Source: Calditrichales bacterium
Lineage (GTDB): Bacteria; Calditrichota; Calditrichia; Calditrichales; J004
Reading direction: 5' to 3'
Assembly (NCBI GenBank): GCA_965267575.1
Contig: OZ254086.1
Span: 1,312,001 to 1,376,000 of the forward strand
Length of the DNA: 64,000 nucleotides
Below the pieces are notes generated by a model that was not told the origin of the DNA, searched no databases, and worked only from the letters and a program-made list of their open reading frames with translations. Of the stretch, positions 39,938-49,992 are shown one piece after another (position 1 is the stretch's first letter; the number at the start of each line of letters is the position of its first letter). The translations under genes and the position numbers were made by a program.

Positions 39938-40577
39938 GCGGTTTTTCGAATTCCTGATAGATCAGGGGATAGAAATTACTCAGGGGCAGGCGGAATCAAT
40001 CCTGGTTTTCAAGAGAGAGTTGGAGTTAAATGCCCGTCTACACAGGTTTATTAGCCACAGCGACGTCGACCGTATAATCGAAAACCATTTGAGCGCCTCG
40101 TTCTATTTTGTAAAGCAGTTTCAAGCCTATTCTTCAGAACGGCTAAAATATGCCGATTTTGGCACCGGTGCAGGACTGCCCGGTTTTGTGGTTACCATCA
40201 TGTTCCCACAATGGGACTGCCGGTTAATTGACAGCAATAAGAAAAAGATCAACTTTCTTAAAAGAGTTGCCGCGTTAACGCCTAAAAAGCTTTCTAATGG
40301 TTTTCTGGACTGCCGTATTGAGGCACTGGGCTCAGAAACCGGATATAATTTAATTTCTGCCCGGGCCTTAACTTCGCTTGAAAATCTGGCTTCGATGGCG
40401 CAACGCTACTTGTTGCCGGGAGGCGAACTGCACACATTAAAGGGCGCCGAAAGCTACAAAGAGGAAGCTTCACAAGAGACGATTAAAAATATTGCCATAA
40501 CGCCTGTGGACAAGGAGTGGTCGGACGAGTTCCCAAAACTGAAAGACAAGGTTTACATAAGGATATTTAGGAAATGA
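39927..40577 (+). CDS. rsmG: 16S rRNA m7G527 methyltransferase (GidB)
   Basis: DFGTGAGLPG, IDSNKKK..FL, SARAL, LKG; follows mnmG. Confidence 0.9.
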   Translation: MHAERFFEFLIDQGIEITQGQAESILVFKRELELNARLHRFISHSDVDRIIENHLSASFYFVKQFQAYSSERLKYADFGTGAGLPGFVVTIMFPQWDCRLIDSNKKKINFLKRVAALTPKKLSNGFLDCRIEALGSETGYNLISARALTSLENLASMAQRYLLPGGELHTLKGAESYKEEASQETIKNIAITPVDKEWSDEFPKLKDKVYIRIFRK

Positions 40578-41503
40578 ATGAAAACAGCATCTTTAATGAG
40601 CTTTCTCTGCTCGTAACAGAAAAGAGAAATCCTAATTCGGAAAGAATTGACGAACTGGATAGCGCCGGTATTCTTAAGGTTATTAATACGGAGGATCATC
40701 TTGTTGCCCAAGCAGTAAAGCAGGAAATTCCTTACATAGCCCGGGCCGTAGACGTTATAACCGAGCAGTTCAAAAAAGGTGGCCGTCTCGTTTATGTCGG
40801 TGCCGGGACATCCGGCAGGTTGGGTGTGCTTGATGCATCAGAGTGTCCTCCGACATTTGGCGTGCCGAATGGTATGGTTGTTGGTTTGATTGCCGGCGGA
40901 TACGAAGCTTTACGTAAGGCTGTGGAGGGATACGAGGATTATAAGGAAAACGGCGCCAAAGATGTTGATTCAGTTAACCTTACCGACAAAGATGTACTTT
41001 GCGGAATAGCCGCCAGTAAAAGGACGCCATACGTTATCGGCGCGATTGAAGAGGCTAAAAAAAGAAAAGCCAAGACGATTGTTGTTGTCTGCAATCCGCG
41101 CGAGCAGGTAAACTATGATGTCGACATCGCCATATGTCCTGTGCCCGGGCCGGAAGTGGTAATGGGTTCCACCAGGATGAAAGCAGGCACCGCCCAGAAA
41201 ATGGTCCTGAATATGCTTACTACGGCATCCATGATAAAACTGGGCAAAGTCTACCAAAACATGATGATTGACCTGCAGCAGAACAACAAAAAGCTCGTGG
41301 AGCGCTCCAAGAAAATTATTATGATGGCCTGCGACTGTGACTATAAGGAAGCTTCTGAATTGCTCGCCGCATCAAACGGACATGTTAAAACCGCCATATT
41401 TATGGGATTGACAGAGGCAACGGCCGAAACAGCAAGGAAATTAATCAATGAACATGACGGCTTTCTGAAAAAGGCTGTTCAATCTTACTTGTCAAAAAGC
41501 TAA
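40574..41503 (+). CDS. murQ: N-acetylmuramic acid 6-phosphate etherase
   Basis: TEKRNP, GAGTSGRLGVLDASECPPTF, GPEVVMGSTRMKAGTAQK. Confidence 0.96.
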   Translation: MNENSIFNELSLLVTEKRNPNSERIDELDSAGILKVINTEDHLVAQAVKQEIPYIARAVDVITEQFKKGGRLVYVGAGTSGRLGVLDASECPPTFGVPNGMVVGLIAGGYEALRKAVEGYEDYKENGAKDVDSVNLTDKDVLCGIAASKRTPYVIGAIEEAKKRKAKTIVVVCNPREQVNYDVDIAICPVPGPEVVMGSTRMKAGTAQKMVLNMLTTASMIKLGKVYQNMMIDLQQNNKKLVERSKKIIMMACDCDYKEASELLAASNGHVKTAIFMGLTEATAETARKLINEHDGFLKKAVQSYLSKS

Positions 41504-41524
41504 ACCGCTGTTTTTAAATAACTT

Positions 41525-42691
41525 ATGTCAACTTTAAGCGCCATAGTTATTCTGTTTATCGTATCATTCGCTTTTTACCTGTTTATAAAAAAGCTTTCCA
41601 CCGCAAATATGTTTTTGCACGAGCTTTCATACAGCGGTATCGGGTATATAGCCATAGGATTTTTACTCGGCCCCAAAATACTTGGTGTTTTTAATGCTAC
41701 CCTGCTTGAGCAGCTGGATATTTTTATTTTTCTGATTCTGGGCTGGGCCGGATTTCTTGTTGGCTTACAAACGCAATTAAAAGGGCTACGGCGGTTTTCT
41801 GCAGAATACTATTCTTACAGCATAAGCTTTTTTGTTCTGTCTGCCCTGCTGGCCTTTGTGTTGCTTTATTATTCAACGGCACTTTTGAATATCGAGCTGG
41901 GTTTGAATTATATCATTTTTCTGTCCATTGTTAATGCCTGCACATCCCCAATTCTTATTGCTCTAATGAGCAAAAAACTAAAAGGACAACTTTCCTTTCT
42001 TTTACGTTTTAATTCCGCTTTTGATAATGTAATTGCCGTAATCGTGTATGGCATCCTGATAGTTTATTTTTTGCAGCGTGCCCATGAAGGCTCAATCGGA
42101 ATGGCGCTTTTGTCTTTCCTGATTGTATGCGTGGCCACGTTCGCCGCTGTGCTCGTTTATCGTGTTCTTGATAAACAGGTAAGCGACAATTATGAAAACC
42201 AGCTCTATGTGGTGGGTCTGCTCCTGGTGATAATCGGGCTCTCCTATTACATGCATCAGAGCATTATCCTTTTTTCCTTTATCTTTGGTGTTGTTCTTTC
42301 CAACATGAAGATCAATACCAAAAAGATTTACTTGAGCATCGATGAGCTGCAAAAGCCACTCTATATATTGCTGCTATTTATAGTTGGAGCTCAGATAGAA
42401 TACAGTCTAAATATTTTATTATTAACGATTGTATTTATCGCCGTGCACGTATTTAGCAAATGGGTGTCGGGCTACTTTACAAACCGATTGTTTTGGAAGG
42501 GCAAAGCCATAGATAATCACATCGGGCTTGCCAACCTGGGCATGGGCGGGATTGTGCTAGCCTTTTTTCTGGAGCTTTCATACCTGGATGATAGTACGAT
42601 AACACAGATGATGCTTTTTCTGCTGGCCATATCCATCATAGTCAGTGACATAATCAGCAACCGATACCTTAAACAATTACAGGCTAAATAA
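41525..42691 (+). CDS. Cation:proton antiporter family membrane protein
   Basis: About 12 TM; IGFLLGP, GFLVGLQ, TSP and FDN motifs. Confidence 0.72.
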   Translation: MSTLSAIVILFIVSFAFYLFIKKLSTANMFLHELSYSGIGYIAIGFLLGPKILGVFNATLLEQLDIFIFLILGWAGFLVGLQTQLKGLRRFSAEYYSYSISFFVLSALLAFVLLYYSTALLNIELGLNYIIFLSIVNACTSPILIALMSKKLKGQLSFLLRFNSAFDNVIAVIVYGILIVYFLQRAHEGSIGMALLSFLIVCVATFAAVLVYRVLDKQVSDNYENQLYVVGLLLVIIGLSYYMHQSIILFSFIFGVVLSNMKINTKKIYLSIDELQKPLYILLLFIVGAQIEYSLNILLLTIVFIAVHVFSKWVSGYFTNRLFWKGKAIDNHIGLANLGMGGIVLAFFLELSYLDDSTITQMMLFLLAISIIVSDIISNRYLKQLQAK

Positions 42692-43483
42692 ATGGCCATC
42701 CACTTAATCGGATCCGAACCCGTTTTTACGCTGGCCGGTTCAAGCGGGATATTAATGATACACGGTTTTACCAGCACGCCTTTCGAGTTCAGGGAAATGT
42801 CGGAACACTTTGTAAGGCAGGGTATTTCTGTTTCTGTGCCGCTAATCCGCGGACACGGCACAACTCCGGAAGACCTGAATGAAGTGAAGTGGTACGAATG
42901 GTTTGAGGATGTTAAAGGCGCCCTATTTGAACTGAGAAAACATTGTAAAAAGGTGATCGTGATTGGTCAGTCCATGGGCGGAACTCTGGCCCTGCACCTT
43001 GCTTCACACTACCAGGTGGAGGGGGTTGTTACTCTTGCAGCGGGCGTTTTTGTCAAGCAAAAAAAGAAAAGTCGCCTGCTCCCGTTTGTCACACCATTTG
43101 TTAAGGTTGCCAGGAATAATCGCGGACCGGACATCTTTGATGAAACGGCAAAGAAAACAGCCATATCATATAAGGAGACCCCGCTCTCAGCGGCGCAGCA
43201 ATTGCAGAAGATGTTTACGCATGTAAAGCGCGATTTAAGTGAAGTGTATGCGCCGGCCCTCTTAATACATTCCACAAATGATCACGTTATTGATTATAAA
43301 AGCTCCAGGTATATATATGATCATATTTCCTCAAGGGACAAGAGGTTATTGTCATTAAGCAAATCCTATCATGTTCTTACACTGGACACGGACAAGGCAA
43401 TCGTCCTTTCGGAAACGGACAAATTTGTAAGACGCATTTTCAGGATAAAACAGAGCAGCACCTTCTACAAGCCGTCATCTTGA
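42692..43483 (+). CDS. Carboxylesterase (alpha/beta hydrolase)
   Basis: IHGFTSTP, GHGT, nucleophile elbow GQSMGG, DHVI, SYHV. Confidence 0.9.
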   Translation: MAIHLIGSEPVFTLAGSSGILMIHGFTSTPFEFREMSEHFVRQGISVSVPLIRGHGTTPEDLNEVKWYEWFEDVKGALFELRKHCKKVIVIGQSMGGTLALHLASHYQVEGVVTLAAGVFVKQKKKSRLLPFVTPFVKVARNNRGPDIFDETAKKTAISYKETPLSAAQQLQKMFTHVKRDLSEVYAPALLIHSTNDHVIDYKSSRYIYDHISSRDKRLLSLSKSYHVLTLDTDKAIVLSETDKFVRRIFRIKQSSTFYKPSS

Positions 43484-43508
43484 TTAAAGTCTATAAAAAT
43501 CTTAAATT
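43480..43508 (+). promoter_or_regulatory. Putative promoter upstream of the GT5 gene
   Basis: TTGATT-17 nt-TAAATT. Confidence 0.45.
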
Positions 43509-43684
43509 TAGCCGATGAAAATTTGCCTTGACAAATATCTGTAAATTTAGTGACCTAACACCCCAGAAAAAGGTAAAAACCAGCCCATATATTTTTTCCG
43601 GAATTCCACAAACCATAGTATTGACCACATCCGGCAAGCAGGTGCGGACTTCCGGGGATAAACCATGTGAAAGGCGAGGCTAAA

Positions 43685-45163
43685 ATGGACCAAATAAAAA
43701 TCTTGTATCTTGCTTCGGAAGTAGCGCCTTTTGCGCGTTCCAGCAGTGTTGCGGACGTGACGGGCGCCCTGCCAAAGGCGCTAAAAAATCTCGATCACGA
43801 GATCCGCATAATTATGCCCAAGTACAAGTTTATCAATGAACGAAAATTTGTACTGCGGGAAGTAATACGTTTGCGCGAAATACCGGTTACCCTTAACGGA
43901 AAAACTGAAGTAGCCAGTGTGAAATCCGCATTTTTGCCGGACAGCAAGGTACAGGTTTATTTTGTTGATATCCCCAACAACTTTGACCGGCCCGGCCTCT
44001 ATATAGATCCTGTTAAGAATGCGCCTTATCCGGATAACGCGGAGCGTTTCGCCTTCTTTTGTAAAGCTGCCATGGAAACCTTGAAAACCCTCTCCTGGCA
44101 ACCGGATGTGATCCATTGTAATGACTGGCAAACGGCATACGTACCTGTTTATCTGAAAACAATATACCAGGGCGAGGATTTCTTTAAGGGTATCAAGACA
44201 ATCTATACTCTGCACAACCTTCATTTTCAGGGGGATTTTGATCCCTCCAAGGCCGCAAAAATTGAATTTGACGAAAACGAGGCACGTAAAGGCGGTATGT
44301 TCGAAAAGGACGGAAAACTGAACCTTACCAAGGCAGCCATTTACTTTTCAGATTTTATTACGACTGTTTCTGAAAATTATGCCAATGAGATCATAGAAAA
44401 TAATGAAAAGGGTTTCGGTTTCGGCGACCTGCTTGATCAAAAAGGCGAAAACTTCGAGGGCATTTTGAACGGAGTGGACTATTCCGTATGGTCTCCGGAG
44501 AAAAACAAGAACCTGCCCGTCAGCTATTCGCAGGAAGATTTAAGCGGTAAAGAAGAGAATAAGAAAACCCTGCTTACACGGCTGGGCATGCAATACGAGG
44601 AAGGCAAGGCTCAAATAGGCGTTATTGCCAATATAAATGAGCAAAAAGGCATGGATATCGTACTTAATGCCATTCCCGAAATAATGAAACTTGATGTTAA
44701 AATGTGTGTTTTGGGCGAGGGAGATCCTGATTTGATAGACGCTTTCATGGATGCCCAGCAAAAGTTCCAGGGCAGACTTACCGTAAATGTTACTTACGAT
44801 GATAAAATCGCTCACCTGATGGAAGCCGGTTCGGACATATTTTTAATTCCATCGCGCAATGAGCCGTGCGGCTTGTACCAGATTTTCAGCATGAAGTACG
44901 GAACCGTGCCCGTGGTTGCGCCCACCGGAGGCCTTCTGGATACGGTTGACGAATATGACCCCAAAATCGAAGAAGGTTCCGGATTCATCATGGAAAAGCA
45001 TGATGCTAAAAGCCTGGTCAATGCGATCAAAAAAGCCCTTGATGTTTATGCAGACAAAGAAAAATGGAGCAAACTGCAAAAAGGAATAATGCAGGAGGAC
45101 TACTCGTGGGATATTTCGGCAAAACGCTATGTGGACATTTATAAACGCATCTTAGCTGTCTGA
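43685..45163 (+). CDS. Glycogen/starch synthase-like GT5 protein with degenerate motifs
   Basis: YPDNAERFAFF, HCNDWQT, TLHN, GILNGVD and PSRNEPCGL are present; KxGG is replaced by RSSS and the RLxxQKG Arg by Asn. Confidence 0.85.
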   Translation: MDQIKILYLASEVAPFARSSSVADVTGALPKALKNLDHEIRIIMPKYKFINERKFVLREVIRLREIPVTLNGKTEVASVKSAFLPDSKVQVYFVDIPNNFDRPGLYIDPVKNAPYPDNAERFAFFCKAAMETLKTLSWQPDVIHCNDWQTAYVPVYLKTIYQGEDFFKGIKTIYTLHNLHFQGDFDPSKAAKIEFDENEARKGGMFEKDGKLNLTKAAIYFSDFITTVSENYANEIIENNEKGFGFGDLLDQKGENFEGILNGVDYSVWSPEKNKNLPVSYSQEDLSGKEENKKTLLTRLGMQYEEGKAQIGVIANINEQKGMDIVLNAIPEIMKLDVKMCVLGEGDPDLIDAFMDAQQKFQGRLTVNVTYDDKIAHLMEAGSDIFLIPSRNEPCGLYQIFSMKYGTVPVVAPTGGLLDTVDEYDPKIEEGSGFIMEKHDAKSLVNAIKKALDVYADKEKWSKLQKGIMQEDYSWDISAKRYVDIYKRILAV

Positions 45164-45171
45164 AAAAAGGC

Positions 45172-45199
45172 GCCATCCGAAAGGGTGGCTTTTTTTTTT
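45172..45199 (+). terminator. Intrinsic terminator after the GT5 gene
   Basis: GCCATCC-GAAA-GGGTGGC followed by T10. Confidence 0.85.
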
Positions 45200-45202
45200 G
45201 AA

Positions 45203-45793
45203 ATGAAACCAAACAAAGCAATCTTTCTGGACAGGGACGGAACACTCAATGAGGAGGCAGGTTATATCAACCATGTTTCCAGGCTGAAATTTCTACCGGG
45301 CATCTGGGAGGCAATAAGAGTGCTGAAAGAAGCGCGATATAAAATTATCGTTTTAACAAACCAGGCCGGGCTTGCCAGAGGTTATTTTAATGAGGAAACA
45401 CTCGGGCAGGTACACGGCAAGCTTATGCAGACGGCGAAAAAAAATAATGCTGAAATCGACGCGCTCTACTTTTGCCCGCATTTGCCGGGAGCCACTGTCG
45501 AAAAGTATAACCACGAATGCGATTGCAGAAAGCCAAAACCGGGCATGCTGATTAAGGCGCAGAAAGAACACAATATCGACCTGAAACAATCGTTTATGAT
45601 CGGTGATCGATTTAAAGATGTTGAATTCGGAAAGGGACAAGGGCTTTCGACGGTTTTTTTGCTAACGGGATACGGACTGGGCGAGTACTGCAACGAGCGA
45701 AAGACCTGGCCTTTTCAACCGGATTATATTTGCAAGGATCTGGAAACAGCCGCCAATGTCATCCTTGCAAAACGGCATAAAACGCATAATTGA
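45203..45793 (+). CDS. gmhB: D-glycero-D-manno-heptose 1,7-bisphosphate phosphatase (HAD IIIA)
   Basis: FLDRDGT, TNQAG, CPH..CDCRKPKPGM, MIGDR..D. Confidence 0.88.
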   Translation: MKPNKAIFLDRDGTLNEEAGYINHVSRLKFLPGIWEAIRVLKEARYKIIVLTNQAGLARGYFNEETLGQVHGKLMQTAKKNNAEIDALYFCPHLPGATVEKYNHECDCRKPKPGMLIKAQKEHNIDLKQSFMIGDRFKDVEFGKGQGLSTVFLLTGYGLGEYCNERKTWPFQPDYICKDLETAANVILAKRHKTHN

Positions 45794-45818
45794 CTCATAA
45801 AAACATGATACTTAAATT
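45790..45818 (+). promoter_or_regulatory. Putative promoter for the lipoprotein-barrel-TPR operon
   Basis: TTGACT-17 nt-TAAATT. Confidence 0.6.
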
Positions 45819-45845
45819 CGCTTTCTTTTCAATTTTAGGATAATA

Positions 45846-47042
45846 ATGAGATTTCTATTTTTTGCATTACTGACAGTACTGATTTCTTCTTGTGCCAATC
45901 TTGATCCGAATGATAACCCAAACAGCGAATATGGAGGGACGGACCGTTACGGAAATCTTACTGCTGATACGTTGTACGCGCTTCAGGATACGGTAAGACA
46001 ATTTGATTACGTTTCTTCCGGAACGAGTTTGAAATTGTCCTTGGCCGATCTGGGCGGCTTAAAGGCCGGCTTTTTTATTCGCTTTACAACATTACCGGAT
46101 TCGCTGGAGAGATTACTTTCTGCCCAGGTTGATTTTATAACCAATGAATCATTCGGTTTGAATATCGGTGATTCTATGCAGGTGGATGTCTTTTCCGTTT
46201 CGCGTGAATGGATCTCCACGGATGTCAATACGACCGAAGATTTCCGCAATAATCCACCGGCTGACTACATTGAGACGATATCCTTTAGCGCCGCTGATTC
46301 CGCCCGAAGCAGCTACGTTCTGCCGATGAACCTGGCGGAACAATGGATTCTGAATGACTCGCTGAATTATGGCCTTTATTTTACACCAAGAGCAGGCCAG
46401 GGAGACGTGGCCATAAACGTTGGTGCGCTTGGAGCGTCCCTTGCGCCACAGCTTATTATTGAAAGAAGCACGGATTCCACAGCTGTCAGAGATACACTTG
46501 CCACGGGACCAGACGCGACGCTGTTTTCCATGAACATGAATCCGCCTGCTCTGCAAATAAGCGGAGAGCAGGTAGTCGTTGCCAGCGGCGTACCGGTAAG
46601 AACTTTTTTAAAGTTTGACCTATCCAGCCTGCCACGTAATGCGATCTACTATGACGCTTATGTAACATTATTTGATGTAGAAGATAATCCATACGAAAAC
46701 CCGGAAAAGAATAATTTGTTTTATTTGCGCAATATTTCGGAAGCAGGCCCTGATCTGTCGACATTTACAATAGATTCCAGCTTCACAACCAACTTCAGGC
46801 AAAGCTTTTCCCTGGAGCAGACTTCATCCAATAATTTTGCCAAGCTGCGCGGTTTTGAGCGCAATTATTTCGCTGAGGATTTTATTCAGCTCTACCTCAA
46901 TGGCGAAATTGATCATGAATGGTTTTTGCTGCATTACATCAACGAAGGAACCGATCTTTCTGTAAAAAGGTTTTATGGAGCAGGCGTAGCAGACAAAAAT
47001 CTGAGACCGATACTGGTCGTTAAATATATAAACGGAAATTAA
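45846..47042 (+). CDS. Lipoprotein, DUF4270-like
   Basis: Lipobox LISSC; beta-rich; C-terminal RPILVVKY. The family call rests on resemblance and on position downstream of the GT5 gene. Confidence 0.55.
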   Translation: MRFLFFALLTVLISSCANLDPNDNPNSEYGGTDRYGNLTADTLYALQDTVRQFDYVSSGTSLKLSLADLGGLKAGFFIRFTTLPDSLERLLSAQVDFITNESFGLNIGDSMQVDVFSVSREWISTDVNTTEDFRNNPPADYIETISFSAADSARSSYVLPMNLAEQWILNDSLNYGLYFTPRAGQGDVAINVGALGASLAPQLIIERSTDSTAVRDTLATGPDATLFSMNMNPPALQISGEQVVVASGVPVRTFLKFDLSSLPRNAIYYDAYVTLFDVEDNPYENPEKNNLFYLRNISEAGPDLSTFTIDSSFTTNFRQSFSLEQTSSNNFAKLRGFERNYFAEDFIQLYLNGEIDHEWFLLHYINEGTDLSVKRFYGAGVADKNLRPILVVKYINGN

Positions 47043-47046
47043 TATT

Positions 47047-48243
47047 GTGAGACAGCTAATTATTTGTACCCTAATAGGATTTACTTTTGCCTTTGCCGGA
47101 GAGAGCCGTTTCGGGCTTGTGACCAATTCTCTTGGAAAGCTGGATACCCATTATGGAGCGGCGGGCAGTGGACGCAATTTTAGTATTGCGCTGCGCGATT
47201 CCCTTCAAATCAACTTCCGGAATTTTAGTACCAGCACGGATATATCGCGAGCGACGTTTACTATAAACGCAGGCTACAATGCCATCTGGGGCGATAACAG
47301 CATATCTAAAAATTTCATCGATGATGCCAATTTCAGCGGCGCTTTTCTTGGTATTCCGCTGATGGAAAAAAAGATGTCCATGGTTGCCAGTGTAACACCG
47401 TACACATCCCTTGAACAGCGCATAGAGAACAGAACAACATTTCAAGGGCAGCCGGTAGTTGAAAACCTGGTAGTGCGCGGCGGTATCGCGCGAACCAATC
47501 TTAACCTGGCTTATAAATTTTCCGATCAGCTGTCCGTCGCAGCCGGATACGAATTTACGTTCGGCCGCATTTCCGAGGACATCGTTTACGACATTGAAGA
47601 CGATCTTAATTCTCAGGTCGAATTCAGCTACGATAACCAGGTCCGTGGCCAGGGAGTTTTATTATCCGCTTATTACCGCCCGGTTGATCGTTTGCATTTG
47701 GGATTTGCGGTGCGTCCGCCCGTTGTAGGTACTTTTTCGAGAATGGGCAATACCGGTTCAAATGAGCTTGACCTGGAAAGAGAAGTGGACCTGCTGTTAC
47801 CGGCAGAGTACAGCCTGGGCATGGTTTATGACTTGAGTGAGTTTTATGCGCTGGGAACAGATCTTATTTACCAGGGCTGGAAGAAAGGTTATGAGCTGGA
47901 TAACCAATCCGTTTCTAACCATAATGACTATTTCAGGCTGGGAGTAGGCCTGGAAAGAAAAGCAACCGACAGGCGTTTTGTAAACTATGGCGAGCAAGTA
48001 AGCTACCGCGCCGGTCTCTATTACAGTACATTGGCGCAGACTTTTAATAATAAAACCGTTAATGAATATGGATTTTCAGTTGGTGTTTCATTGCCCGTAC
48101 AAAGATTCCGTTCCAAGGTGGATCTTGCATTGATTGCCGGGCGCCGGGGAGATGCTGGAGTTGTCGGCCTGGAGGAAACATTCCTTGGAATTGGTTTTTC
48201 AATAAGTGCAAATGAAACATGGTTTGTTAATATAGAGGATTAG
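47047..48243 (+). CDS. Outer membrane beta-barrel, OmpP1/FadL-like
   Basis: Signal peptide; N-terminal plug-like segment; amphipathic strands; YRAGLYY, EYGFSVGVSLP, NETWF. Confidence 0.8.
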   Translation: MRQLIICTLIGFTFAFAGESRFGLVTNSLGKLDTHYGAAGSGRNFSIALRDSLQINFRNFSTSTDISRATFTINAGYNAIWGDNSISKNFIDDANFSGAFLGIPLMEKKMSMVASVTPYTSLEQRIENRTTFQGQPVVENLVVRGGIARTNLNLAYKFSDQLSVAAGYEFTFGRISEDIVYDIEDDLNSQVEFSYDNQVRGQGVLLSAYYRPVDRLHLGFAVRPPVVGTFSRMGNTGSNELDLEREVDLLLPAEYSLGMVYDLSEFYALGTDLIYQGWKKGYELDNQSVSNHNDYFRLGVGLERKATDRRFVNYGEQVSYRAGLYYSTLAQTFNNKTVNEYGFSVGVSLPVQRFRSKVDLALIAGRRGDAGVVGLEETFLGIGFSISANETWFVNIED

Positions 48244-48257
48244 AGAAGGGGCGGATT

Positions 48258-49526
48258 ATGAAGCGTACACTAATACTTTTGCTTTTTGGCTTGTCCAGCC
48301 TGCTTTACGCACAGGATGAAGATATGCTGCTTTTTGATACTGAAGAAGAGCAGGAAGAGACTCAATGCGTTCCGGATGATCTGACGGTGCCGTATGAGAA
48401 ATTTGCCAATACGGCTGAGGGTGAAACGCAGGTGAGGCAGTGGTATTCTTTTGGCAGTGAGCACCATAAAAATCAGAACTACCGGGCCGGCCTGACCTAT
48501 TTGTGGAAAGTGTTTTTCAATGACAGCACCCGTTATGCGGAACTGGCCATCGGAAAAGTAGCAGAAGCCTATTTTTATCTGCAAAACGCAGACAGCTCTC
48601 TTATTGCCTGTTACCTTGGGCTGGACCGCTACCCGGACCAGCAGAAGCTGCATTATTACGCCGGCTATTTACAGGAAAAGCTGGGCCGCGGCTCATGTGC
48701 CATACCTCATTACGAAGCTCTGGTAAATGCCAATCCCCAGCAAAAGTCTTATTTGTCTACTCTTGCGCGCCTTTATTATAAAGAAGGCGACGAAAGATGT
48801 ATCGATATGCAGCAACGTGTTGTCGATCTCGATCCGTCCGATTCCCAGGCCAGCGGGGCCCTGGCCGAGATGATCACACAAATACGAGGTGAAGGCGCTG
48901 CGCTGGAAATTCGCGAATCCACCTGGAGAAACGAACCGGATAATCTTTCCTATGCTCTGGCCTTTGCGCGCGAAGCGGTTAATGCCGGCAGCTATAAAAA
49001 ATCCCTGGAACCACTGGACAAAATAATTTCCACGGAACCCTCGGCAGAAGCGTATCGTTTGCGGGCCCGTGCCTATGAAAACATGTCTCAGTACAGCAAT
49101 GCCGTGCAGGATTATGAAGGCGTTCTGAATTTTGAAAAAGACAATGCAGACGTCATGCTTGAAATTTCTAAAAACTATGTATATGCCAAACAATTCAAAT
49201 CGGCAGACGCTTGGATCAACCGCGCTTTATCCGCGCGTTCCGGTTACGGTAAGGCCTACATTGCCCGCGGAGAAATGATTGAATCCCTGGTAAGTTATTG
49301 CCAGGACCAGCGCGGGGATGGCAAGTTATCGCTGCAGGATAAAATGGCTTACGAGATCGCCCAGTCACAATATCGCCGTGCGCAGCAGGATCTTGGGTTT
49401 AAGGCACAGGCCGAGTCCAAATTCAACAACCTTGCCGGCTTTATCCGTACAGCAGAAGATAAATTTATGGAGCCAAACGCCAAAATTGACGACACCTGCT
49501 ATAGCTGGATCGTAAAATATCAATAG
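48258..49526 (+). CDS. Periplasmic TPR protein
   Basis: Signal peptide and TPR-like helical repeats. Confidence 0.8.
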   Translation: MKRTLILLLFGLSSLLYAQDEDMLLFDTEEEQEETQCVPDDLTVPYEKFANTAEGETQVRQWYSFGSEHHKNQNYRAGLTYLWKVFFNDSTRYAELAIGKVAEAYFYLQNADSSLIACYLGLDRYPDQQKLHYYAGYLQEKLGRGSCAIPHYEALVNANPQQKSYLSTLARLYYKEGDERCIDMQQRVVDLDPSDSQASGALAEMITQIRGEGAALEIRESTWRNEPDNLSYALAFAREAVNAGSYKKSLEPLDKIISTEPSAEAYRLRARAYENMSQYSNAVQDYEGVLNFEKDNADVMLEISKNYVYAKQFKSADAWINRALSARSGYGKAYIARGEMIESLVSYCQDQRGDGKLSLQDKMAYEIAQSQYRRAQQDLGFKAQAESKFNNLAGFIRTAEDKFMEPNAKIDDTCYSWIVKYQ

Positions 49527-49537
49527 GTTAAATTTTT

Positions 49538-49978
49538 ATGAAAGTTGCCATTGGCGCAGACCATGCCGGTTATCTAATGAAAGAAACGGTAAAAAAATAT
49601 CTTCATGATAAGGAGATTCAATTTACCGATTTTGGTACGTTTAAAATGGAACGCACCGACTACCCGGATTACGCCTATAAAGTGGCAAACGTTGTCTCCA
49701 AACAGGAAGCGGATCTGGGAATACTTATTTGTGGTACCGGCATTGGAATGTGTATTGCCGCGAACAAAGTAAAGGGAGTCCGGGCGGGATCTGCCTGGAA
49801 CACCAGGTCGGCGGAGCTAAGCCGCTTGCATAATAATGCCAATATTCTATGCCTTGGCGCGCGCCTTCTTGAAGAAGAAGAGGCGATCATGATTGTCGAG
49901 ACCTGGCTGAATACATCATTTGAAGGCGGTCGGCACGAAAAGCGCATTGAAAAGATTCATTCTATAACCGGCATTTAA
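49538..49978 (+). CDS. rpiB: Ribose 5-phosphate isomerase B
   Basis: GADHAG, DYPD, CGTGIG..IAANK, HNNAN, FEGGRH. Confidence 0.96.
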   Translation: MKVAIGADHAGYLMKETVKKYLHDKEIQFTDFGTFKMERTDYPDYAYKVANVVSKQEADLGILICGTGIGMCIAANKVKGVRAGSAWNTRSAELSRLHNNANILCLGARLLEEEEAIMIVETWLNTSFEGGRHEKRIEKIHSITGI

Positions 49979-49992
49979 GCCTGGGGATTAAA

